This document shows positions 39,577 to 48,564 of a DNA stretch of 64,000 nucleotides, in pieces; the stretch's first letter is position 1; every line of letters starts with the position of its first letter. The translations under genes and the position numbers were made by a program. A model generated the notes under the pieces. It was not told the DNA's origin. It saw only the letters and a list, made by a program, of their open reading frames with translations, and did no database searches. Origin of the DNA: Candidatus Omnitrophota bacterium (GTDB lineage Bacteria > Omnitrophota > Gorgyraeia > Zapsychrales > Zapsychraceae); the NCBI GenBank assembly GCA_050250375.1, contig JBFWOS010000001.1, positions 91,346 to 155,345 of the forward strand, in the 5' to 3' direction.

Positions 39577-41739
39577 ATGAAAACAAAAGTCATTACATTC
39601 TGGAGCAACAAAGGCGGCGTTGGAAAAACATTTCTGGCGGTGAATACAGCCACCACATTGACCTTGTTAAAACACCGGGTCCTGCTGATGGAATTAAACT
39701 TTCAGTCCATCCATGCGATCGACAAAATGTTAAATCTCGTCAGCCGTTTCGGGCTCGCCAACCTGATGTCCCAGATCGAAACCCTGGATAATCCCGAAAT
39801 CATCAAAAAAGCCGTCTCCCCTCATTCCTGCGGGATGGATTATCTGCCGGTGGTCTCAAGTTCCACCCAGAATGCTGAATTTACAACCGCAAAAATAAAG
39901 GCTTTTTTTGAAAAGGCGTCAACTTTGTACGATTTTATTATTCTGGATGCCCGCCGCGCGCTCAGTGAAGGTCTCGTTTCCGTGATGCAAAATTCAAATC
40001 TGGTCGTGCTGATTGATACGCCTGAAAATTTGACCGTCAACAAATTTAAATGGTGCCTGTCCATGCTCAACAGCATCCATATTCCCAAACCGATGATCAA
40101 GCTGGTCATCAACCGGTCCGCGTCCCGGGGGACTGTTGATCCGAAATTATTAAAAGAACAACTGGGCCTGGACATCCTGGGAGAAATCCCTTCGGATGGA
40201 AAAACGGTAGGTTTAGCCCTCAACAGCTGCATCCCCTGCGTCCTCGATAGTCCGAAAAGTCCGGTCACCCAGGCCATCGTGAATTTTGCGAGAAAATTTG
40301 AGAATGAGGCACTATATCCTGAAGTCACTATTCAGGAAAACGCGCTGATTTCCGGTAAGATTCAGGACCAGGACGGCTCGCTGAAAAAATTCGGGGTAAC
40401 CCGCTCCAAAGATGACAATGCTTTTATATTCAACCAGGATGATGAGGAAATCCTTCTGAAAAAGAAGACTCATGAAAAACTGGTTAAAGAAATGAATATT
40501 GTTAACCTGGGGCCAGAGTCCTTTACGGATGAAAAACTAATGAAGGAACTTCGTGAAAAAGCCACGGGTATCACCGATAAACTGCTGACCCAGGAATATT
40601 CAAAGTTGACCAAGGATGACACCATCCGCGCCCGTTTGACGAACGAAATTGTCAGCGAGGCCTTCGGTCTTGGGCCGCTCGAAGAATTTCTGGAGGACAC
40701 GGACGTCTCGGACATCATGGTCAACAGCCAAAGACAAACCTTTATTGAAAAGAAAGGTAAAATCATTAAAACCGGCGCAAAATTTTCGTCTGAAATGCAG
40801 ATGCGAAGCATCATCGACCGGATCATTGCTCCGTTAGGCCGCCGGATTGACGAATCAACTCCCATGGTCGACGCGCGCTTGCAGGACGGTTCGCGTTTTA
40901 ACGCGCTTATCCCCCCGCTCTCTTTAACGGGGCCTATGATCACGATCCGTAAATTCGGGCGTGAACGCCCAAAAGTCGATGACCTCCTGAACAAATACAA
41001 TAGCTTAAATGACAATATGCGTGTATTTCTTGAAGCCGCAGTCCGCGGAAGAAAAAATATTATCGTTTCCGGAGGAACAGGTTCAGGAAAAACAACCCTT
41101 CTCAACATTATCTCAACATTCATTCCGGATAAAGAACGGATCGTCACGATTGAAGACGCGGCTGAGTTAAGAATCAACAAATCCCACTGGATCCGGCTGG
41201 AATCGCGTCCGCCCAACATTGAAGGTAAAGGGCAGATCCACATCCGGACCCTGTTCATGAACAGCCTGCACATGCGCCCGGACCGTATTATCGTCGGGGA
41301 ATGCCGGGGGTCTGAGGTCATCGACATGCTCCAGGCCATGAATACGGGACATGACGGGTCTATGACGACCCTGCACGCCAACTCCACCAAAGACGTGCTG
41401 GTCCGCATGAGTTCCATGATTCTGCTGGCCGGTGTTGAATTACCCATTCGCGCGATTTACGAAATGATTTCCACCGCCCTGGACCTCATTGTCCATATCA
41501 ACCGGTTCAGTGACGGGACCCGTAAGATTGTCGAAATCACGGAAGTCGCCGGCCTGACGAAAGACCACTCCCTCCAATTAGGCGATATTTTCAAATTTGA
41601 ACAAAAGGGAATGGATGAAGGCGGCAAGATTCTCGGAGAATATGTGGCGACCGGTTATGTGCCTAAATGTTATGAGGAATTCAAAACGATCGGGATTGAT
41701 CTCGATAAAAACATATTCACTCCCCCCGCAAAAAAATAA
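39577..41739 (+). CDS. Fusion ATPase: ParA/MinD-like domain plus CpaF/TadA ATPase. Paralog 2, about 55% identical to paralog 1.
   Basis: SNKGGVGKTFLAVN, then GGTGSGKTTLLN, VTIEDAAEL and GHDGSMTTLHANS. Same architecture and length as the upstream gene. Confidence 0.85.
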   Translation: MKTKVITFWSNKGGVGKTFLAVNTATTLTLLKHRVLLMELNFQSIHAIDKMLNLVSRFGLANLMSQIETLDNPEIIKKAVSPHSCGMDYLPVVSSSTQNAEFTTAKIKAFFEKASTLYDFIILDARRALSEGLVSVMQNSNLVVLIDTPENLTVNKFKWCLSMLNSIHIPKPMIKLVINRSASRGTVDPKLLKEQLGLDILGEIPSDGKTVGLALNSCIPCVLDSPKSPVTQAIVNFARKFENEALYPEVTIQENALISGKIQDQDGSLKKFGVTRSKDDNAFIFNQDDEEILLKKKTHEKLVKEMNIVNLGPESFTDEKLMKELREKATGITDKLLTQEYSKLTKDDTIRARLTNEIVSEAFGLGPLEEFLEDTDVSDIMVNSQRQTFIEKKGKIIKTGAKFSSEMQMRSIIDRIIAPLGRRIDESTPMVDARLQDGSRFNALIPPLSLTGPMITIRKFGRERPKVDDLLNKYNSLNDNMRVFLEAAVRGRKNIIVSGGTGSGKTTLLNIISTFIPDKERIVTIEDAAELRINKSHWIRLESRPPNIEGKGQIHIRTLFMNSLHMRPDRIIVGECRGSEVIDMLQAMNTGHDGSMTTLHANSTKDVLVRMSSMILLAGVELPIRAIYEMISTALDLIVHINRFSDGTRKIVEITEVAGLTKDHSLQLGDIFKFEQKGMDEGGKILGEYVATGYVPKCYEEFKTIGIDLDKNIFTPPAKK

Positions 41740-41751
41740 TAAATCAAGATT

Positions 41752-42282
41752 TTATTTTTGCTGAAATAGACCTTCATAATCGGTCAGGTCCGTCCGGAGA
41801 TGATCGGAATCCGTGGTGAACGCTTCTTCAAAGGCAGGCGAATCCCAGGTCCAGCGGTGTTGGGCGATGATCTTCTCAAGATCCCGGGTATCGTTGACTT
41901 GCGCAACGACGACTTTTTTTTTCGTTTCGGCTCTGAGCAAAACAAGTTTTTCTTCGAGCCTGCGTTGATGCTCCGGCAGACTTGAATACAGTATCCCGTC
42001 CGACTCTATGATCACAATCTGCTCCAGCTTGCGAGGGGTCCTTGAAAACGGCCAGGGTTTATCCGGGCGGCCAAACTGGTACACGCCCTTTTCTTTCTCT
42101 GAATAAGAATACCGCGACCGGGCCTGGTCGGAAAAAAAATACGGGTAATACCCGTGAACAATCTTATGGTCATCGCGGTTTACCGCAGAGGTATACTGGT
42201 CCTGATACGAACCATCGGCACAAACCCGGCCGGCCCACCAAACGTTCGTCAGAAACGCTAAAAGTAAAAAATAATTTTTCAT
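41752..42282 (-). CDS. Hypothetical secreted protein (176 aa)
   Basis: Signal peptide MKNYFLLLAFLTNVWWAGRVCA. Confidence 0.45.
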   Translation of the reverse strand: MKNYFLLLAFLTNVWWAGRVCADGSYQDQYTSAVNRDDHKIVHGYYPYFFSDQARSRYSYSEKEKGVYQFGRPDKPWPFSRTPRKLEQIVIIESDGILYSSLPEHQRRLEEKLVLLRAETKKKVVVAQVNDTRDLEKIIAQHRWTWDSPAFEEAFTTDSDHLRTDLTDYEGLFQQK

Positions 42283-42370
42283 TTTTTCCCGAGATCTATT
42301 GATTGAATTAATTCCAGGCGGATACTGTTAGATTAACTGTACGCCAGTTTTAAAAAAAATCAATAACCCG

Positions 42371-42400
42371 GACCGGGACTGACCGGGACTGACCGGGACT
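42371..42400. repeat. Perfect 3x tandem repeat of the 10-mer GACCGGGACT in an intergenic region
   Basis: gaccgggact gaccgggact gaccgggact read directly. Confidence 0.9.
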
Positions 42401-42465
42401 GTCTGGATCTTTACTTGTGGGGGAAAAATTAAAAGGAAGATTATGGAAATGACTGGAGTAAATCT

Positions 42466-43242
42466 TTATTGATCAATCGTTTTGAGCGTTTGGATGAGAA
42501 ATCCGTAATCGGGAGTTTTAATCACCGAATCGTAACCACCAGCCCGCTTGACTCCCAGGACATCAATCGCTGAAACATGTCCGGTGATAATAATGATGTT
42601 GGCCCTGTTTTCATCCAACTGGCTGATCAAGCGGCAAAGTTCAATCCCCTGAATATCGGGAAGGATTGTGTCCAGGATGATAATATCCGGATTCTCCGTC
42701 CTGGCCTTTTCCAGGCCTTCCTGACCGCTGGAGGCTACACTGAATTTCGTAAACCCCTCGCTTTTGAGGGTGTCTTTCATCAAAAACTGATCGCCTTCAT
42801 TATCATCCACGATCAGAATTTTCACTTTATCTTTGTCCGTAATTTTATATTGGCCGATTTTGTCCATCTCGACCGATTCAATCGCCCCTAAAATCTCGGA
42901 AAAATCGCAGGGTTTCTGTAAAAAACCATCGGCCATATCAAGAACCTTGTTGTGATCCTTTAGATAATCCCTGTCATAGCCGGTGATGACAATAATCCTC
43001 GGTTGAAACGAACCGCTGTATTTATTTCTGATATTCTGGATGAGTTCAAACCCATCCAGTTTCGGTATGTGCAGATCGGTTAAGATCACATCCGGCTGAT
43101 TTTCCTGGATGATTTCCCAGGCCTGCTCACCATCCAGGGCGCTTAAGACTTCATAATCATGCGAGGCGATTTTCTGAACCATCATCTCAAGGACGATATC
43201 TTCATCATCAATCACCAAAACTTTTGCCAACTTTTTATTCAT
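42466..43242 (-). CDS. Response regulator with two tandem receiver domains and no output domain
   Basis: Two receiver units (VLVIDDEDI...ILTDLHIPKLDG and ILIVDDNEGD...IILDTILPDIQG). Confidence 0.85.
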   Translation of the reverse strand: MNKKLAKVLVIDDEDIVLEMMVQKIASHDYEVLSALDGEQAWEIIQENQPDVILTDLHIPKLDGFELIQNIRNKYSGSFQPRIIVITGYDRDYLKDHNKVLDMADGFLQKPCDFSEILGAIESVEMDKIGQYKITDKDKVKILIVDDNEGDQFLMKDTLKSEGFTKFSVASSGQEGLEKARTENPDIIILDTILPDIQGIELCRLISQLDENRANIIIITGHVSAIDVLGVKRAGGYDSVIKTPDYGFLIQTLKTIDQ

Positions 43243-43369
43243 AAAATCCTCTGATTAATCCTGAGAAGAGTATAGATCATTTTCCGCTGCTTTGACAAAC
43301 AAAAAACATTAATTTTGATATATAAACTTAACTAAATCGAAGCTTGTATTACCGTGACAATGGTGGGAC

Positions 43370-44371
43370 TCACCGTTCGCGTTTGACCATCTTCCAGCAA
43401 CGGTGGATCGTTTTATTGCGGTAATCTTCGGGAATTGTTTTCGGGGTCAGCTCATGGATTGTCTGTGCCCCTAAATCATCCAGGCGCGGTTCAAACCGCT
43501 GATGGTTGGTTGAAAAAAACACGATAGAACCCGGGATCATCACCTTCATGACTTTGCGCAAGAGCAAAGGATGTTCGCGGTTAATATCAAATGAATCTTC
43601 TTGTTCATGGTCCTGGGAAAACGAAGGCGGATCAATGAAGGCCAGGCTGAATCTCCGCCCTTCCTTATATATACGGTCCAGATAATCCAGCGCATCGGAT
43701 TGCACCATCTCATGGTTCTTTCCCATGCATTGATTCAATTCCATATTATCCTTCGCCCATTTTAAATAGGTCGAATTACGGTCGACCGTCACAGAACTCT
43801 GCACGCCTCCGGCCGCGGCCGCACAGGTAAACGCGCCGGTATACGCGTAAAGGTTGAGAAAATCTTTCCCTTTGGCCATACCACGGATGAGCATACGGGT
43901 CTCCCGGTGATCAGAAAATAACCCTGTATCCAGATAATCCTCCAGATTAACCCAGAACTTCAGATCCCGTTCGTTGACCTCAAACCGCACCCCTTTAGAG
44001 TCCAGTTTTTTATACCGGGGACCGTCTTTAATGTTGGTCGTCCTTTGTCTGATATGGACGTTTTCTTTCGGGATGGATAACGCCTGCCCGACGGCTTCAG
44101 CCATTTTCGGCAGCCAGTCGGTTCCTGTCTGAAGGCGGATGTATTCACCGACCACGGCATGCCCCCCGTACCAGTCCACCACCGCCCGGACTTCCGGAAT
44201 GTCCCAGTCGTACAAGCGAAAACAGTCAATATTCTGTTTCCGGAACCGTTTCGAAAAATGCCGGTATTGTTTGCGGACCCGGTTGGATAACAGCTCCGCA
44301 TGCTGCCGGGTTTTTTCCGGAGTGATAATATTTTTTAGTCTTGAAGGGGTTGAATGACCTGAACCGGCCAT
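43370..44371 (-). CDS. Class I SAM-dependent rRNA methyltransferase, RlmK-like (equivalent to the C-terminal half of RlmKL)
   Basis: FLNLYAYTGAFTCAAAAGG SAM-binding and FIDPPSFS motifs. Resembles the RlmK/RlmI m7G/m5C MTase family. Confidence 0.65.
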   Translation of the reverse strand: MAGSGHSTPSRLKNIITPEKTRQHAELLSNRVRKQYRHFSKRFRKQNIDCFRLYDWDIPEVRAVVDWYGGHAVVGEYIRLQTGTDWLPKMAEAVGQALSIPKENVHIRQRTTNIKDGPRYKKLDSKGVRFEVNERDLKFWVNLEDYLDTGLFSDHRETRMLIRGMAKGKDFLNLYAYTGAFTCAAAAGGVQSSVTVDRNSTYLKWAKDNMELNQCMGKNHEMVQSDALDYLDRIYKEGRRFSLAFIDPPSFSQDHEQEDSFDINREHPLLLRKVMKVMIPGSIVFFSTNHQRFEPRLDDLGAQTIHELTPKTIPEDYRNKTIHRCWKMVKRER

Positions 44372-44945
44372 TTAAATAATCCTCAGTCGTAAATAAAAAT
44401 TGTTATAGCCGTAGGGACCGTCCGGTGTTAACCGGCTGCGTATACATCTTTCCCGAAAGCACTTTTCCATCCTCATTAAGCATAACCCGATAGTAGTACC
44501 GTAATCCATTAATCACACTGCCCCCTAAATCCCATTCCCTATCATTCTGTTTTTCAAGAGCCATATCGTTCCATTGTTTCATGTGGATATCACAAAAATC
44601 ATCCCATACCAAATGGGCGTCTTCCTCACTGTTAATTTGAGTTCCGGTTTCGGCTAAAAGTCGGCCGTATTCTTCGTAATTTCCATATCCAGAGATTTCA
44701 ATCAGCCGCGAAAATGGGTGCGATACTTAAAAATCCGTTTATTTCTTGGACCATAAGAACGGAACCCATTAAAAGCATCACTCTTACATTCAGCCAGAAA
44801 AATTCTAAATCTTTACATTTGAAACATTTACTCATCTACATCCCGTATCAAGGGGTTAATATTTCTTGCTATCGACTTTAATTTAAGATAAAATTTACGA
44901 ATCATTTTAATTTCCCGCTAAATTCAAAAAAGAACACTGACGCTT

Positions 44946-45563
44946 ATGTCGATTGAAATCATCCCCATAACACAAGTTTCGACCATTGAAGCCTTTGCTA
45001 ACACCCTCAAAAGTGATTATCAGGTCAACCGCTGGTTCTTATACATCATGCAACAGCCCTCTGCTTCTGAAGAGCTGTGTAAATCCTCGGAGGTCGCGCA
45101 CAGTTTTTCCCGCCTAAAAACCTGGGTGATTGTTCAACGCTTCCTTTTTCTTACGGTCATCCCATGGGCCGTGACAGCGTTATTTTTTCCGATCAATTGG
45201 ATATCGGTCATATCCCTGGCAGTCCTCGTGACCGGCATGTTATCCGTCGCCGTCGTAAAAATTAATTTAGTCAAAAAGATTGCCCTCCATATGCTTCAGC
45301 GTGATTTTGGCGGAAAATCCCTCGAAAAACTAACCTTATACGAAGTGGGTGAATTCTACGGCAGAAAATATAACACAACAGCGTTAGTCGATAAACTGAA
45401 TAAGGCGGCCGTCATCTACAGAGTCGCGGTTGCAGCCTCTCTTTTTATCGGCGTATTTATCTTTTCATTCAAATTTATAGAATTAGTAGCTTTCACGCTG
45501 ATGGGCTTGTTCATAAGCCGCTTGACTGTGAATACCGATTTCTTTTATAAAAGACTATCTTAA
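44946..45563 (+). CDS. Hypothetical integral membrane protein (205 aa)
   Basis: Four hydrophobic helices. Only sizeable plus-strand gene in this region. Confidence 0.5.
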   Translation: MSIEIIPITQVSTIEAFANTLKSDYQVNRWFLYIMQQPSASEELCKSSEVAHSFSRLKTWVIVQRFLFLTVIPWAVTALFFPINWISVISLAVLVTGMLSVAVVKINLVKKIALHMLQRDFGGKSLEKLTLYEVGEFYGRKYNTTALVDKLNKAAVIYRVAVAASLFIGVFIFSFKFIELVAFTLMGLFISRLTVNTDFFYKRLS

Positions 45564-45574
45564 TATTCCAGGAT

Positions 45575-47470
45575 TTAATTAAATTTTACCAGAGAAAATA
45601 TAATGCTTAACAGCAATATTCTCCCAAAGCTTGACGTGGTCAGAAAAAAAGTCACCCTGATAAACTGATAAACAATCAGCATGACTGGGCCGTTCATCTT
45701 TTTATGTTTAAACACTAAATTTTGTGCGTCATAATACATCCAGTTGAGATTGGTGATCCGGTTTTCATTCAAAGTTTGAAAATACTGCTGCGACCCGGGT
45801 AACGGTGACAACAAGCCGAAGATCGTAAAATATGGATTTAATTTCAAACAGAATTTCCACATCTTAAAAATATTTTTATAGGAATCCGTTTCAAAACCAA
45901 AAATAAAATGGGCCTTGATCCTGATTCCAGCCTCTTTAATTTTTCTTGCGTATTCGAGATACTTCCCCCCCATCGTGAACTTCCCACCCATCGCCTTGTC
46001 GGACTCTCCCTGGGTAATTTCAAAACCAATTAAAAACTGTTTGCATCCGCTGTCCCTGGCCAGTTCCAGGGTCTGTGTATTTTTCGCGATATCAATCGTG
46101 CATTGCGTGACCCAATTCATTTTTAATGGTTTGATGGCCTCAAAAAGTTCACGGGCATACGCCGGATCATTGTAAATGTTATTATCGATAAACTCGACAG
46201 TACGGTATTTCTTCCTGACAATTTTCAACAATTCAACCAGCTGAAAAACCGGTTTTCGCCGGAGCCTTCCCCCGCTGATTCCCGGAATAGTACAAAAATG
46301 GCACTTAAATTTACAGCCTCGGGTCGTTTCTAGAAAATTTTTAACAATATGCGGTGGTGATTTTAACAATTCCTGATGAACGTCGTCATAAAAGTCATCA
46401 ATCGACCCGCCGGAATAAACTTTTTTCATCTCCCCTTTTTCAAAATCGTTCACAATTTCTTTCCAGACCCCCTCACATTCACCAATAACAACACTGTCAC
46501 AAAACTCCAATGCTTCTTTTGGCAGAAACGTGACATGGGGGCCGCCCATGACTACTTTTGATCCGCATTTTCTAAAATCTTTAGCAATTTTATAGGCCTC
46601 TAAACAATTCGACGTAAAACAGGTAATCGCGACAAGCTTGCCCGGCTTATAAAAACTCCTGTTCCAGACTTTCGTATTGAATTCCCTGAAATGATAATCT
46701 TTGGGCGTTAAGGCTTTTAAAACAACAAATAAAGGCGGATAACAATTCACAACCCGCATGGCCAGCCAGCTAAGCAGCCCCCGATTGATCGGGTTAATCA
46801 TATAAAGTTCTTTTTCATATTCAAATGATTTCCTGATAGACGGATGTTGATTGATCATAGCATCGACAATAAAGATAAATGACCACAGATTTAAAAAAAC
46901 TTCCACGAACCCCAGCACATGGATTAATTTAAATTTCTGAACGTCAAAAAGCCAAATCGACACAACTACACCCAATTGGACTAACTGTAGACAAGTCAAA
47001 ATAAGGATCGACTTCCAATCACCGGAGAATAGTTGTCCGGTGGATTTGATCATTTTTAAATATTTTTTCCGCACGATCAGGCCGGCAAAAATATATAGAA
47101 CAAAGACATTTAGAAAAAAATTCACAATGGTTAAGGGCAGAACGACACCCTTAAAATACAACAAAAAATTAAAAATATGTACGCCGATATAAATCAGCAG
47201 ATACTGCCACCAATACCGGTAAGCGTTCTTTTTAAACTGGGATATGGTTACGATAATTTCCTGGCCGCTCACCAACTCAACAAGGGACCCACAAATACCC
47301 GCCATAAAAAAGACAACAAACAAAGCTTTAAGAAAGACCGAAAATGTCCCCAAAAAAGGCAAAAAAACATTGTCATTAACAATATCCAGGAGGTACATAA
47401 GGATGACGAACTGAAAGTTCGCACAGAGGATCGAAAAGGACCGGGAAATGCCTGTAAATGAGTTATTCAT
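45575..47470 (-). CDS. B12-binding radical SAM enzyme with an N-terminal polytopic membrane domain of about 215 aa
   Basis: About 6 TM segments, then a B12-binding-like domain (KLVAITCFTSNCLEAYKIAKDFRKCGSKVVMGGPHVT) and the radical SAM cluster motif TTRGCKFKCHFC (Cx3Cx2C). Hydrophobic C-terminal tail. Confidence 0.8.
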   Translation of the reverse strand: MNNSFTGISRSFSILCANFQFVILMYLLDIVNDNVFLPFLGTFSVFLKALFVVFFMAGICGSLVELVSGQEIIVTISQFKKNAYRYWWQYLLIYIGVHIFNFLLYFKGVVLPLTIVNFFLNVFVLYIFAGLIVRKKYLKMIKSTGQLFSGDWKSILILTCLQLVQLGVVVSIWLFDVQKFKLIHVLGFVEVFLNLWSFIFIVDAMINQHPSIRKSFEYEKELYMINPINRGLLSWLAMRVVNCYPPLFVVLKALTPKDYHFREFNTKVWNRSFYKPGKLVAITCFTSNCLEAYKIAKDFRKCGSKVVMGGPHVTFLPKEALEFCDSVVIGECEGVWKEIVNDFEKGEMKKVYSGGSIDDFYDDVHQELLKSPPHIVKNFLETTRGCKFKCHFCTIPGISGGRLRRKPVFQLVELLKIVRKKYRTVEFIDNNIYNDPAYARELFEAIKPLKMNWVTQCTIDIAKNTQTLELARDSGCKQFLIGFEITQGESDKAMGGKFTMGGKYLEYARKIKEAGIRIKAHFIFGFETDSYKNIFKMWKFCLKLNPYFTIFGLLSPLPGSQQYFQTLNENRITNLNWMYYDAQNLVFKHKKMNGPVMLIVYQFIRVTFFLTTSSFGRILLLSIIFSLVKFN

Positions 47471-47596
47471 ACTTCAAGTATATACCTAATTCTTGATTTC
47501 TTCAGCCTAAAAATTCCTTGTGGTTTTATCTTACCTGTATTCTTCCCTGTAAAGCAAGGTAATTCTTCAATCCCGAAGGAAACAGGAAAGTGTGCT

Positions 47597-48448
47597 TTAT
47601 GATTTTTCGTATGTTTGGAAAACCGCCCGGTTTTTGCCTTCTTTCTTGGCGGCATACATCAGCCGGTCGGCCTGGATGATCATTTCGCTGACGGAGTCAA
47701 GGGCCGTCACAAATGTGGCCACCCCGAGGCTGAATGTGACCTTCCACCCGTTGTGCTGCATGGCCCGGATCAGGCCGTCCTTTAAACGCCGGATCACGAT
47801 CTGCGATTCTTCACTGTTGGTTTCGGGAAGCAAAATAACAAACTCATCTCCCCCCAGGCGGCCGGCCTTGTCCGTCACGCGGATGGATTTCTGGATCGTG
47901 AGCGCCACTTCCTGAAGCACCTGGTTTCCGGTTTCATGCCCATACGTATCGTTGATCTCCTTGAACTGGTCACAGTCAATATAAACCAGGGTCATCGGGC
48001 GCGGATACCGGCGGGTCCGGCGGGTTTCTTCCGTCACAATTTCCATAAAGGCCTGGTTATTGGAAAGTCCGGTGAGAAAATCTTTTCGGGCCAGCATCCT
48101 TTCCCGTTCCAAAGACATCTTCAACTTTGACAAAATAACCGAAACGATCACAAAGAACCCCAGACGGATGCCTGCGTTCCAGAACAGGATAAACAAACTG
48201 ATATACTCATGGTTTGCCAGCAGATCGGCGGCAATCCATACAAAAGCGCTGACGAATGAAACCAGAATCGCCTGGCCGGGCCCTGAGGTCCAGGCCATTA
48301 CCACAATCGGCAGGAGATAAAATATGGAAAATCCAAGGACATAACCCGTGATCGTATCCAGCAACCCGATAATGACAATAAGCATGTAACTGAACAGCAT
48401 GCTGGTTGTTTTATTCTCCTCCAGAAAATTAATAATTTTTTTGTGCAC
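47597..48448 (-). CDS. Membrane-anchored diguanylate cyclase (GGDEF)
   Basis: Five N-terminal TM helices, then a GGDEF domain with RLGGDEF. Confidence 0.85.
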   Translation of the reverse strand: MHKKIINFLEENKTTSMLFSYMLIVIIGLLDTITGYVLGFSIFYLLPIVVMAWTSGPGQAILVSFVSAFVWIAADLLANHEYISLFILFWNAGIRLGFFVIVSVILSKLKMSLERERMLARKDFLTGLSNNQAFMEIVTEETRRTRRYPRPMTLVYIDCDQFKEINDTYGHETGNQVLQEVALTIQKSIRVTDKAGRLGGDEFVILLPETNSEESQIVIRRLKDGLIRAMQHNGWKVTFSLGVATFVTALDSVSEMIIQADRLMYAAKKEGKNRAVFQTYEKS

Positions 48449-48564
48449 GGTTCTTCTCTGCTCCTTGATTATAAAAATATTGGTCCGGGGATATCTGGTT
48501 AATGTTAAATATTATACGGAGGATATTATCCGAATGGAAGCGTGAATTACAATATCAGGCGAGT

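Noticed and set aside
40470-41447. 325-aa minus-strand ORF, and 39840..40328 and 38820..39176
   Set aside because: Antisense to the well-supported TadZ-TadA fusion genes. Low-complexity S/R/P-rich.
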